A stretch of 64,000 nt of DNA from an uncultured delta proteobacterium (lineage in GTDB: Bacteria > Desulfobacterota > Desulfobacteria > Desulfobacterales > SG8-13), in contig CAWAAN010000017.1 in assembly GCA_963779885.1 (NCBI GenBank), positions 18,649 through 82,648 of the forward strand. The letters are read 5' to 3'. The first letter of the stretch is position 1. Each line of letters opens with the position of its first letter. This document shows positions 29,901-38,633 of this stretch, one piece after another. A model generated the notes under the pieces. That model was not told where the DNA came from, did not search any database, and saw nothing but the letters and a program-made list of their open reading frames with translations. The position numbers were made by a program, and so were the translations under genes.

Positions 29901-30584
29901 TACGTCTCCCAGTTCATGACCTACGAGGAGATAAGATATCCCCGCATAAACGCCATCAGGCAGGATCACGGCCTGCTGCGCCTGGCCCGGCAGTGGCAGC
30001 GCAAGGCCAACTGGGGCGAGTTTGGTGAAAAGACGGTTGACATCCTCAAGACCGTGCGGGCGATCAAGAGTTATCTCTATCGCTTCGAGCGCGAATTTGC
30101 GCGCGACAATGACTACTTCCATCTCCGGGGCCAGGACAACATCCTGCGCTATCGGCCGATCGGCCGTGTGCTGGTGCGCATCCATCCCGACGACAGCCTG
30201 TTCGATGTTCTGGCCCGCGTCGCCGCGGCCAGGATCACCGGCTGTCATCTGCTGATCGGCAGCCCACCGGACGGCCATCATCCGGCAACCGCCTTTCTGG
30301 AATCCGACGAAGGCCGGAAACTGCTCGGCGCCCTCGTCGTCGAACCCTTGAGCGATTCGGAGGTCATTCGCCGTCTGCCGGATATCGAGCGTATCCGCTA
30401 TGCCGATCCCCGGCGGGTACCGGCCACGGTATTCGAAGCGGCGGCCCGCAGCGGATTTTACATCGCCCGGGCACCGGTCATGATGGAGGGCCGTCTCGAA
30501 CTGCTCCACTATGTGATCAATCAGAGCATTTGTGACGCCTACCACCGTTACGGCAACTTAGGTGAAAGATCGTTGATGGCATGA
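26979..30584 (+). CDS. putA: Bifunctional proline dehydrogenase / L-glutamate gamma-semialdehyde dehydrogenase (no N-terminal RHH domain)
   Basis: NVNHLGE, SVKIS, NLDMEEY, RIVKGAN, IASHN, YLIRRLDEN; ALDH motifs ISPWNFP, AETGGKN, GQKCSA, ELFGP. Confidence 0.95.
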   Translation: MDREHLSLLGAQAVTTAERWQNRANELLTEEEKGIQEQMQRLLSHPMDKVALTRMIDQSFRSHNPARVADQINSLLRRYGVPDFFPKFDRLLVQMFLGLGRHFPALTIPKMIEKMRHNSSRAIIAGEPEALHAHLRKRKRQGVRMNVNHLGEAVLGEGEARRRLETYSADLEDPDIEYISVKISTIYSQIQSLAFEHSVAVLVERLSRLYRSAAGHFFERADGTRIPKFVNLDMEEYRDMEITVAAFKRSLEQPEFKTHSAGIVLQAYIPDAYAIQRDLTAWARDRVAAGGAPIKIRIVKGANMEMEQLESAIFNWPLAPYDNKLDVDANYKRMIAYGMQPENIRAVKLGIASHNLFELAFAHALGQHYRIGEDFYFEMLEGMADHVRRALCETAGDVLLYAPVATKDEFINAIAYLIRRLDENTAPENFLRYAPNLSPTSEAWVFLRDHFRASIERMASVGSTPHRTQDRNREKFPEKMGTYDTDEFTNEPDTDWSQAANRQWAGAIRDRWRAKTANGPLQIPLVIDGQEVYADRTTREITDISRFGDSPVLARFALATAADVKNAVAAAKADPDQWRQKSLPQRHEVLSAVAMALRQARGDLIGAAAVNTGKVFTEADVEVSEAVDFAEYYPFSAKIFSERPNVIARGKGVGCIISPWNFPIAIPCGGVAAALAAGNTVIFKPSSDAVLVAWHLCQCFWQAGVSRRSLQFLPCSGGSTGVKLISHPDVDFVILTGGTQTGLDMLAARPDLYLSAETGGKNATIVTAMSDRDQAIKNVLHSAFSNCGQKCSATSLLILEKEVYLDPNFKRQLVDAAASLPVGSAWDFQNKMGPLIRPPTGALKRGLESLEPGESWALKPRPIDGNPALWTPGIKWNVQPGSFTHTTELFGPVLGVMCAENLDQAIDLVNATGYGLTSGLESLDRREQETWKERVRAGNLYVNRGTTGAVTLRQPFGGMGQSALGAAIKAGSPNYVSQFMTYEEIRYPRINAIRQDHGLLRLARQWQRKANWGEFGEKTVDILKTVRAIKSYLYRFEREFARDNDYFHLRGQDNILRYRPIGRVLVRIHPDDSLFDVLARVAAARITGCHLLIGSPPDGHHPATAFLESDEGRKLLGALVVEPLSDSEVIRRLPDIERIRYADPRRVPATVFEAAARSGFYIARAPVMMEGRLELLHYVINQSICDAYHRYGNLGERSLMA

Positions 30585-31912
30585 GCGTCAATCACCTCCT
30601 TGGCCCGCTATTCACCGATTTTTACGAACTGACCATGGCGGCCGGTTATTTCAACCGCCGGTATTTCGTTCCAGCCACGTTTTCCCTGTTCATCAGAAAT
30701 TATCCTCCCCGCCGCAATTATTTCGTCGCCGCGGGCCTGCAGGAGGCCCTGGCCGAGCTTCAATCGTACCGGTTCGCGCGTGAAGATCTGGACTATCTGA
30801 AAGAAACAGGGGATTTTACGGCCGATTTTTTGGTGTTTCTCGAACGCTTGCGTTTCACCGGCCAGGTCATGGCCCTGCCCGAGGGAACCATTTTTTTTGC
30901 GGATGAGCCCATTCTGGAGGTAACCGCGCCCCTGGTGGAAGCCCAGATTCTGGAAACGTTTTTGATCAACACCATTGGCTTTCAAACCATGATCGGCACC
31001 AAGGCCGCCCGCTGTGTGCAAGTGGCCGCCGCCCGCCCGCTGATCGATTTCTCCCTGCGGCGAACCCAGGGCCACGATGCCGGCCTGAAGGTGGCCCGCA
31101 GCACCTATCTGGCCGGATTTGCCGGCACCAGCAATGTCATCGCCGGCCGTGAGTACGGCATCCCAACCTCCGGCACCATGGCCCACTCCTTTGTACAGGC
31201 CTTCGGCAGCGAGGTCGAGGCGTTCACGGCTTTTGCCGAAGCCTTCCCCGATGACGCGGTTTTCCTGATCGATACCTACGACACCCTGGCCGGAGCGCAT
31301 GCGGCCGCCCGGGTCGCCCTGAATATGAAAAAAAACGGCCATGACCTGGTGGGCGTACGCCTGGACAGCGGCGACATGGTACTCCTGAGCCGCGCGGTGC
31401 GCCGTATTCTGGATGCGGATGGACTGCCGGAGGTCAAGATATTTGCCAGCGGCGGTTTCGATGAATACAAAATACAGGCGGTCATCGCCCAGGGGGCCCC
31501 GATCGATGCGTTTGGCGTCGGCACCGGGGTCGGCGTATCGGCCGATGCACCGTCTATCGATATCGTGTACAAGATGGTTCGCTGCGATAATCGTGACGTG
31601 CGCAAGCTGAGCCCCGGTAAAAAGACCCTGGCCGGCGAGAAACAGGTATTTCGGGGCTTCGATGATGAGGGGTCCTGTCGCGCGGATACGATCGGGTTGC
31701 GGGACGAATCGCTGATGGACCGGGTGCCGTTGCTGGCGCCGGTGATGAAAAACAGACGCCTTCTACAGCCGCCCGCGACACTAAAAGAGATTCGCGACCG
31801 GTTTGCCCGGAATCTGGCCGCCCTGCCGGACGAATACAAAGACCTGGACGCCGCGGCAACCTACCCGGTGGACGTCAGCATGGCCCTGCAGAAATTGCAG
31901 GAAGACCTCTGA
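30581..31912 (+). CDS. pncB: Nicotinate phosphoribosyltransferase
   Basis: LFTDFYELTM, DFSLRR, GTMAHSF, LIDTYD, GVRLDSGD, FGVGT. Confidence 0.94.
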   Translation: MSVNHLLGPLFTDFYELTMAAGYFNRRYFVPATFSLFIRNYPPRRNYFVAAGLQEALAELQSYRFAREDLDYLKETGDFTADFLVFLERLRFTGQVMALPEGTIFFADEPILEVTAPLVEAQILETFLINTIGFQTMIGTKAARCVQVAAARPLIDFSLRRTQGHDAGLKVARSTYLAGFAGTSNVIAGREYGIPTSGTMAHSFVQAFGSEVEAFTAFAEAFPDDAVFLIDTYDTLAGAHAAARVALNMKKNGHDLVGVRLDSGDMVLLSRAVRRILDADGLPEVKIFASGGFDEYKIQAVIAQGAPIDAFGVGTGVGVSADAPSIDIVYKMVRCDNRDVRKLSPGKKTLAGEKQVFRGFDDEGSCRADTIGLRDESLMDRVPLLAPVMKNRRLLQPPATLKEIRDRFARNLAALPDEYKDLDAAATYPVDVSMALQKLQEDL

Positions 31913-31987
31913 TTCGATGAGGGGTCTGCAGCAAGCTCGATGGCGGCTGGGCCTGGATATCCCCGGCACAGAGGGGGTCTTTGTCCT

Positions 31988-32452
31988 TCAGGCATCGAAA
32001 CGGGGACGAGCGGTGCGCCGTTTGAGGTCGTTGGCACGCAACAGTCGCAGAAGCCTTTCGGCAATGTCAGTCTCGCGGGGGCTTAAAATGCCGGCTCCCA
32101 CCCACCTTTCGATGGTTTCGGCCGGTACGGTCAGGTTTTCCGCACAGGTTTCCAGGTCGCCGATACCCACCAGGTCGATGTCAAAGCCGTTATCCGGCGA
32201 TGGAAGCGGTGAGGGGCCTCTTGAAACCGGATGCCGGTAGGCGGACGGATACCCATCAACCGACCACTTCGCTTGAACATCGTCGGGCGCCGCCGCCCGG
32301 GAGCCGAGGCGTTCCGGCATGCCCGCCGGCGCAAGCGCCTTGTCGGCCCGGGCCTCTTCGGCCAGGGTTCTGACCAGACGGTGCGCCTTGCCGGGTCTAA
32401 AGCGCTTGATAAAATTTTTCAGCACGTTAACAAAACGAGCGGCGTAGAGCAT
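31988..32452 (-). CDS. Hypothetical protein (C-terminus possibly HTH-like)
   Basis: ORF from MLYAARF with purine-rich upstream sequence; CAENLTVPAETIERWVGAGIL segment. Confidence 0.5.
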   Translation of the reverse strand: MLYAARFVNVLKNFIKRFRPGKAHRLVRTLAEEARADKALAPAGMPERLGSRAAAPDDVQAKWSVDGYPSAYRHPVSRGPSPLPSPDNGFDIDLVGIGDLETCAENLTVPAETIERWVGAGILSPRETDIAERLLRLLRANDLKRRTARPRFDA

Positions 32453-32721
32453 TGACGTTCCCTTCCCTATTGTCACTTCAGTTGACTCCCCCGCAGTCCG
32501 TTCGACCGTCCTTATTAAATGAGGCGACACCGTCCGCAAGCGGCCGCGGGGATGGCCTTCTGTGCGCCCGCCGCCTCGCATCTCCAGCACCCTATAAACG
32601 CTGCTTATCACCTGGTTTGAAGCGTATCGGACTGTGCAACACCCAGAACGGTTTTGCATCTCTTATCTTTATCATAAGACGGGTTCATGGGTTTGGCTCT
32701 AATGATTACACGGTATTTTGA

Positions 32722-32730
32722 TGGTATAAT
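32722..32730 (+). promoter_or_regulatory. Extended -10 element upstream of motA
   Basis: TGGTATAAT. Confidence 0.4.
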
Positions 32731-32864
32731 CGACCTTATTCAGAGGACGTCCATGTCCTGCCCATTTTTTCAAGTTTTAACCTGAATGGCCGATAGTGGT
32801 TAGTGAGCGTCCATCCACCAAGTATACTGAACTTATTTCCGAACGGGATGAACAGGGGAGTGCT

Positions 32865-33647
32865 ATGGATTTAGCGACCGTTATCGGACTTTTCGGGGGC
32901 ACGGTCCTGATTGTCGGCTCGGTTATCATCGGCGGATCAGCGCTTGTTTTCGTCAATATCCCCGGCGTCTTGATTGTCCTGGGCGGGACACTATCGACGT
33001 GTTTCATCAAGTTTTCAATGCGCGAGGTCATTAATTCGGTCGCGGTAGTGATGAAAGCTTTCATGATCAAGCTGGACTCGCCCGAGGATCTCATAAAGAA
33101 ATTGGTCGAATTATCCAAAATCGCCAAGAAAGAGGGCCTGATCGCCCTTGAAAATCAGAAGGCCGGTGACGCTTTTTCGGCCAAGGCCATTCGCTACCTT
33201 TCGGACGGTTTGGATGAGCAGCTGATTTCCGAAATGCTCGACAAGGATATCCGCCAGACACTGCAAAGACACACCGTCGGCCAAAGCGTCTTTCGCGGCA
33301 TGGGGGCTTCGGCACCGGCTTTCGGCATGATCGGGACCCTGATCGGACTGGTCCAGATGCTGGCCAGTATGTCCGACCCGTCCAGCATCGGGCCGGCCAT
33401 GGCCATTGCCCTCCTCACCACTCTCTATGGCGCCCTGGTTGCCAATCTCGTCTGCCTGCCGATCGCCGATAAGCTGGCCCTGCGGAGTCAGCAGGAACAA
33501 GAAAACCGGCGGATTATCCGTGAAGGCACCCTCGGCATCGCCCAGGGAATGTCCCCCATGGTCCTGGAAGAGGCGTTGAAAATCTACCTGGCCCCCAAAG
33601 ACCGCCAGAAAAACACGGCGGCGAAGAATCCGAAAAAAGCCCGCTGA
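32865..33647 (+). CDS. motA: Flagellar stator subunit A (MotA/PomA-like)
   Basis: MDLATVIG, IVLGGT, KEGLIALE, APAFGMIGTLIGLVQML, AIALLTTLYG. Confidence 0.92.
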   Translation: MDLATVIGLFGGTVLIVGSVIIGGSALVFVNIPGVLIVLGGTLSTCFIKFSMREVINSVAVVMKAFMIKLDSPEDLIKKLVELSKIAKKEGLIALENQKAGDAFSAKAIRYLSDGLDEQLISEMLDKDIRQTLQRHTVGQSVFRGMGASAPAFGMIGTLIGLVQMLASMSDPSSIGPAMAIALLTTLYGALVANLVCLPIADKLALRSQQEQENRRIIREGTLGIAQGMSPMVLEEALKIYLAPKDRQKNTAAKNPKKAR

Positions 33648-34474
33648 TGAGCCAGCCCGACGATATTCAGTACCCCGCCCTGGAAGAAGGGGCGCCGGCC
33701 TGGGTGGTCACTTTCGGCGACCTCATGAGCCTGCTGCTCTGCTTCTTCGTTTTGTTGCTCTCTTTTTCCGAAATGGACAAGGCCAAATACAAGGAGGTTT
33801 CCGGGTCGCTGGCCAAGGCTTTCGGCGTTCAGCGCAAGATCAAGGCCTTTGAAGCCCCCAAGGGCATCAAGATGATCTCACGCGACTTCGATCAGGAGTT
33901 GATTCCGGCCAGACCGAGGGAGGAGTTCATCGCCATGCAGCAGCGGGAGCAGATCGGCCTGGCACTGAAAAAAGAAGTCGCCACCGGTTTTCAGGAAATG
34001 CAGGATCTGATCCGGGTTGACGTGGGTGAAAAAGAAGTGACCATCCGCCTGATGGGCGAAACGGCTTTCGACTCCGGCAAAGCGGAAATCAAGGCGCAGA
34101 TGATCCCGCTCCTGCTGAAAATCGGAAGTGTTCTGGCACAGGGTGACGGAGATGTCATCATCGCCGGGCACACTGACGATGTCCCGGTCAGCGGCGGGCC
34201 TTACGGTTCCAACTTGAAACTGTCGATCGCCCGTTCCGCCACGGTGGCTGAATTTCTGCTGTCGAAATCCGCCATTCCAGCGAGCCGCGTGGCGACCATG
34301 GGGTTCGGCAAATACCGGCCGATCGAGTCCAACGATACGGCCGAGGGCCGCAAACACAACCGGCGGGTGGAGATTATCTTAAAAGCGCCCGAGTCTGCCG
34401 CCGCCGCTGAAACCGCCGGTCCCGAACCTGTCCGTAAAAAATCGCCGATCCTGAAAAAACTTTTTCCCCAATGA
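33647..34474 (+). CDS. motB: Flagellar stator subunit B (MotB/PomB-like) with OmpA peptidoglycan-binding domain
   Basis: WVVTFGDLMSLLLCFFVLL, GHTDD, LSIARS, NRRVEI. Confidence 0.92.
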   Translation: MSQPDDIQYPALEEGAPAWVVTFGDLMSLLLCFFVLLLSFSEMDKAKYKEVSGSLAKAFGVQRKIKAFEAPKGIKMISRDFDQELIPARPREEFIAMQQREQIGLALKKEVATGFQEMQDLIRVDVGEKEVTIRLMGETAFDSGKAEIKAQMIPLLLKIGSVLAQGDGDVIIAGHTDDVPVSGGPYGSNLKLSIARSATVAEFLLSKSAIPASRVATMGFGKYRPIESNDTAEGRKHNRRVEIILKAPESAAAAETAGPEPVRKKSPILKKLFPQ

Positions 34475-34640
34475 GACATTCGGCTCGCCGCTGCGTGAAT
34501 TATCGTAAAAAAGCCGGACAGCCTCGCCGGCAAAGCCTTTGCCCGGCCGGCGCTACGGTCCCATCGGGGACCCGTAACCGGCGGAACCCTGTCGCCCCTT
34601 GGGGCGCGAGGACCCTGCTGGGGACCTGCGGATTGAGCGC

Positions 34641-34670
34641 GATGGGGAAGGACCCCCGCCTTTCCCCATC
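34641..34670. terminator. Hairpin between convergent motB and the fadL-like gene
   Basis: GATGGGGAAGG...CCTTTCCCCATC. Confidence 0.5.
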
Positions 34671-34675
34671 ATGAT

Positions 34676-35947
34676 CTAAAAGTACCAGCTGAGCCCGACG
34701 GTGGTGGACCACTCGCTCAGCTTTGATTCCAGCGTCACGGCGTTAAAGGCCGAGGTCTCCTGGATGGTCTTTTCCGGAGCATACATAAACGCCAGATTCA
34801 GGGCGAGGGCATCGGTCAGCCGGTAACCGACACCACCGGTGAAATGGTGTTCGACGATGGCCGGAAAACCGATGATGCGCAAGGTTTCGTAACCGACCCG
34901 GTTGACAGGGGTGCCCTGGACATCGACCACGTTGGTCGGGTCGAAAGGGTTGGGATTCCAGCCGTTGTGTTCATTGACCGGACTCTTGCCGTAATTGTAG
35001 CCCAGGCGCAGAGACCATTTCTCGGCCGGTTTCCACTGGGCGCCGAGGCCGAAGACCCACTGGTTGTCCCAGTCGAATTCCTTGTAGCCGGCCGCATCGG
35101 CCCAGTTGAACCAACGGGTGTAAAATTCGAAAAGCCACTGGTTGTTAGGCTCGAAGGAGACCCCGCCCTGAAGGCGCCAGGGGGCTTCCAGTTCCAGGTC
35201 CCGGTAGGGACCGGCGGGGTTCCCGAACTTGGAGACATTCTTGTGGTTGACCTTTTCGGGCGTGGTGACGGAAAAGCCGATGTTGAACTTGTCCAGATGA
35301 TAGAGGGCCCCCAGCTGCAATCCGACCGTGTAACCCGGAGCGGCCCCTTCTCCGAGATCCAGGCTCTGCCAGACGACTTCGAACGAGGCGCCGAGGCTGA
35401 AGTTCGGGGTGACCAGGTAGGCCAGGTTCGGTGCGAGTTTCAAGACCTGCAGCTGGGTGTAAACAACCGGAAGTGACGCCCCGGCCGGTGCCGGCGGCGA
35501 GGGCAGCGGCAGCCGCGAAAAGTCGATATTGGTATTCTTGTAATCCGTGCCCAGGCCCGAGACACCGTACATGCCGGCGCCGAAGCGCCATTTGTCGTTT
35601 ATGGGCGAGGTAACGGCAATGGCCGGAATGACCGAGGGCGGCGTTTCACTGTCAGCGCTGCCCGAAAAACCGGGCAGACCGTAATTCACGTTACCGGTGA
35701 CCGACGGCACGAAGACCGTGCCTGCGAAATCCACGGACGAGCCCGGGCAGAAGGGGCCGAAGCACATGGCGGCCGGGTTGGCGAAGATGGCGCTGATGCC
35801 ATCCTGCGGAGCGGCCACACCGGCACCGCCCATGGCGCGCGAGATTGGCCCGACACCGATCAGGGCATCGCCATTTGTGGCCCGGGCCGCCGGCACCAGG
35901 GTTAAGACTGCCGCAAACAGCGCCAACACAATCATTGTCTTTTTCAT
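34676..35947 (-). CDS. OmpP1/FadL/TodX family outer-membrane transporter
   Basis: Signal peptide, TNG..IGVGPISRAMGGAGVA, NPAAM hatch motif, amphipathic beta strands, C-terminal YF. Confidence 0.9.
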   Translation of the reverse strand: MKKTMIVLALFAAVLTLVPAARATNGDALIGVGPISRAMGGAGVAAPQDGISAIFANPAAMCFGPFCPGSSVDFAGTVFVPSVTGNVNYGLPGFSGSADSETPPSVIPAIAVTSPINDKWRFGAGMYGVSGLGTDYKNTNIDFSRLPLPSPPAPAGASLPVVYTQLQVLKLAPNLAYLVTPNFSLGASFEVVWQSLDLGEGAAPGYTVGLQLGALYHLDKFNIGFSVTTPEKVNHKNVSKFGNPAGPYRDLELEAPWRLQGGVSFEPNNQWLFEFYTRWFNWADAAGYKEFDWDNQWVFGLGAQWKPAEKWSLRLGYNYGKSPVNEHNGWNPNPFDPTNVVDVQGTPVNRVGYETLRIIGFPAIVEHHFTGGVGYRLTDALALNLAFMYAPEKTIQETSAFNAVTLESKLSEWSTTVGLSWYF

Positions 35948-36148
35948 CGTTTCCTCCCTTTGTGCAATTGATGATCAGCCATTATAATCCACGGTGTTTC
36001 AAACGTCGTCTCACCTCCTTTGCGCCAACAAAACAGTCCCACTTCGACAAGTGAACACATTTGGATACGAAGAATTGCCGGCGTTATGCGTCGGTCGCGG
36101 CAGAGCGCCTCGGAACCGGAAACCGCCAGTTTGAGACCGCAAAAAACC

Positions 36149-37426
36149 CTAAGCGGCGGCCTTTTTCGCCGGCACCAGGGCGTCGGCCACCATCGAAGAG
36201 AGGAACTGAACCTCCAATCCCATCTTGTAGTGGTCGTTCAGGTTGCTGAGCTGGGTGTGGCAGTTTTCACAGGCGGTGGACAATATTTTTGCGCCGGTGG
36301 CCTTGACCTGGTCGACTTTCACCTTGGCCGATTTCATCCGAAAATCGAGCGTGTCCTCTCCAAGGGCCACCAGGCCGCCCCCGCCGCCGCAGCACCAGTT
36401 GTAACGCGGATCGTCGGTCATCTCGCGAAAATTGTTGGACAGGTGGCCCAGGATGTAGCGGGCCTCGTCGATCACCCCGCCATTGCGGGCGATCTGGCAG
36501 GGGTCGTGATAGGTGACCGGTTCGGTGAAGCGGGTCTTATCGAGTGTGATGCGGCCATCGCGCAGGTAACGGGCGTGAACCTCGGTGATGGAAGAAACCG
36601 TGAACGGCTGGCGCCCCGAAAGCTGCTTCATCACCCGAAAAGCGGTGCCGCATTCGCAGATGCAGACTTCCTTGACTTTCAGGCGCAGGGCTTCGCTGAT
36701 GATGCGATCCAGGATCAGTTTGGTCTTGGCGGGGTCGCCCACGAAGGCCCCGAAGTTAACGGCCTCGAAAAAACTCAGGGTCCAGTTTTCGCCGGCGGCA
36801 TTGAAAATGGCGGCCGCCGGGATAATGGAATGGGCGCCGGCCAATGCCACATAGAGCAGGTCGGCGCCGGCCGTATCGACCGGAATGGCCGCGTGCCCGG
36901 CTTCGGTGCGCCATTTCTTGACCACCTCTTCCTCCAGCTGGCTGATCCCGGTCAGAAAGCCCTCCTTGAAAAATTCCAGCGATTTTCCTTTTTCGACGGA
37001 CGTGTCGGCCAGCATGCTCAGGATTTCCGGCTCGGCGCTGGCGCCGATCAGCAGCAGCTTGGCAATCGACATGAGCAGCTGGGTGTCGATGCCGAACGGG
37101 CAGTAGACCATGCAGCGGCGGCACCCCGTGCAGGAATAGGCGGCCTCGTAGAGTTGCTCGACGGCCAAGTCGTCGAGTTCTCTGGCTTCACCGAGCGAGG
37201 GCCAGAGCCGGCCGCGGACCTTGAAATATTTTTTATAGAGGCGCCGGATCAGCTCGTGCCGGTAGGCCGAGATGTACTTGGTATGGCCCATGGAGGCGTA
37301 GACGTGGCAGGCTTCCACGCACGTGCCGCAGCGGGTGCAGGTTTCAAGGTAGTATTTTATCGCGTGGGTGAACTTGCTGCGGAAAAGCCGCAACAGTTCC
37401 GCTTTGGTTTTGGTGTCCATGGTCAT
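36149..37426 (-). CDS. Fe-S oxidoreductase with CCG domain (DsrK/HdrD/HmcF/TmcB-like)
   Basis: CTRCGTCVEAC and CTGCRRCMVYCP [4Fe-4S] motifs; CECG; YHDPC...WCCGGGGG...TACENC. Confidence 0.9.
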   Translation of the reverse strand: MTMDTKTKAELLRLFRSKFTHAIKYYLETCTRCGTCVEACHVYASMGHTKYISAYRHELIRRLYKKYFKVRGRLWPSLGEARELDDLAVEQLYEAAYSCTGCRRCMVYCPFGIDTQLLMSIAKLLLIGASAEPEILSMLADTSVEKGKSLEFFKEGFLTGISQLEEEVVKKWRTEAGHAAIPVDTAGADLLYVALAGAHSIIPAAAIFNAAGENWTLSFFEAVNFGAFVGDPAKTKLILDRIISEALRLKVKEVCICECGTAFRVMKQLSGRQPFTVSSITEVHARYLRDGRITLDKTRFTEPVTYHDPCQIARNGGVIDEARYILGHLSNNFREMTDDPRYNWCCGGGGGLVALGEDTLDFRMKSAKVKVDQVKATGAKILSTACENCHTQLSNLNDHYKMGLEVQFLSSMVADALVPAKKAAA

Positions 37427-38136
37427 TAACCTCTTCTCAATTTATTCATGGGAAGCGACAGGAAAGCGTGCATCAGCTGGCTGAAGGGGAAAAACATCAG
37501 AAAAAGATTGGCGAAGAACACGTGCAGCACCAGCATGAAGGAGTGGCCGGAAAATGTCGTGGCATAGGGCAGATCGGGCTTTAACAACAGCAGGCTGTAA
37601 AGGTAGCCGCGGTAGTCCTCGACCGTCATCTCGCCGTAGCCATACCACCTCCTGGCCCAGTCCATCTCGCTGCCGAAGATAACGATCAAAAACAGCAGGA
37701 TCAGCAGGTAGTAGTCTTCGGGTACCGATAAATCCTTGACCGGTGAAATCAGGCGCCGGAAGAGAAAAAAGAGCAGGCAGACCGCCAGGATCAAGCCGAC
37801 GAAGCCGTTGCCGATAAAGACCTCGTGGGGAACGATCTGAAAGATGCCCATTTCGGCGATCAGCTCCAGGTGACCGATCAGCAGCAGCACCAGGCCGATG
37901 TGAAAGGCCATCAAAAAAACCCACAGCAGCGGCTTGTGTCTGAGAACGGTCGGAAACATGAACGAATCGTAGAGCGCCCACAACCAGTGGGGTTTTTTCT
38001 CGGGAAAGATCTGCAGCGTGGTGGGGTGCCGGGGGTATTGCCAGATCCTGACGATCCTCCAAACGGTTCCCACCAGGAATATCGCGCAGGCGATGTAGAC
38101 CATCGGTACCAGAATAAAATAGACGACGGATTGCAC
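37426..38136 (-). CDS. NarI-family cytochrome b membrane subunit (DsrM/HmcE/HdrE-like)
   Basis: About 5 TM segments; His pairs FHIG..IGHL and LHV..LMH; 1-bp overlap with the Fe-S gene. Confidence 0.88.
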   Translation of the reverse strand: MQSVVYFILVPMVYIACAIFLVGTVWRIVRIWQYPRHPTTLQIFPEKKPHWLWALYDSFMFPTVLRHKPLLWVFLMAFHIGLVLLLIGHLELIAEMGIFQIVPHEVFIGNGFVGLILAVCLLFFLFRRLISPVKDLSVPEDYYLLILLFLIVIFGSEMDWARRWYGYGEMTVEDYRGYLYSLLLLKPDLPYATTFSGHSFMLVLHVFFANLFLMFFPFSQLMHAFLSLPMNKLRRG

Positions 38137-38160
38137 GGCACAGTCTCCTTTTAAAAACCA

Positions 38161-38192
38161 GGTGGGGGGGCGCCGGTTGAACGCCCCCCGCC
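38161..38192 (-). terminator. GC-rich hairpin between tusA and the narI-like gene
   Basis: Minus strand GGCGGGGGGCG-loop-CGCCCCCCCACC followed by TGGTTTTT. Confidence 0.5.
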
Positions 38193-38197
38193 GGCCA

Positions 38198-38354
38198 AGG
38201 GCTCACTCAACAAAAACGTCACAATTTAGACGCCGATACATCCCGTCCGGCCGCTTTGCGAAAACTCGGAATATCCCGATATTCATGCGTCTTCGCGCCT
38301 TGCCGGCCGGGTGTCTCAACGCCAAAAATTGTGAATTTATCTTTCGTGAACCCT
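38198..38354 (-). repeat. About 155-bp MITE-like element, copy A
   Basis: Imperfect terminal inverted repeats AGGGCTCAC / GTGAACCCT; its reverse complement aligns end to end with 40194-40348. Confidence 0.8.
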
Positions 38355-38595
38355 AAACGTTGCGTTTGATGAAAAACTTTATGGTTTTGCCGTCCTGTTC
38401 GGTTTTAAGGATCTCGTTGCCGCTGGTGCGTGCCCAGGCCGGAAAATCCGTCAGCGACCCGGGGTCGGTTGAATGGGCTTCGATGACCTGACCGATTTCA
38501 ACTTCCTTGATGCCCTTGCTGACTTTCACCACCGGCATCGGGCAGGGCATACCTTTTAAATCCATGACTTTTTGAACCTTGATGTCTTCACTCAT
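38353..38595 (-). CDS. tusA: TusA/SirA family sulfur carrier protein
   Basis: DLKGMPCPMPV (CPxP), STDPGS..DFPAW, 80 aa; AGGAGG RBS. Confidence 0.92.
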   Translation of the reverse strand: MSEDIKVQKVMDLKGMPCPMPVVKVSKGIKEVEIGQVIEAHSTDPGSLTDFPAWARTSGNEILKTEQDGKTIKFFIKRNV

Positions 38596-38633
38596 GCTTT
38601 ACCTCCTGATTGAAATGAAATAGGTGAATAGGA

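Noticed and set aside
32453..32864. c-di-GMP riboswitch upstream of motA
   Set aside because: No GEMM-type consensus could be found by eye; a cmscan would be needed to exclude it fully.
32865..34474. Zorya ZorAB anti-phage system
   Set aside because: The A subunit lacks the long cytoplasmic tail, no zorC/D/E neighbours are present, and the motifs are typical of flagellar stators.
36149..38136. Canonical dsrMKJOP or respiratory nitrate reductase operon
   Set aside because: No dsrJOP or narGHJ genes are adjacent and the Fe-S protein is shorter than typical DsrK; only a family-level call is supported.
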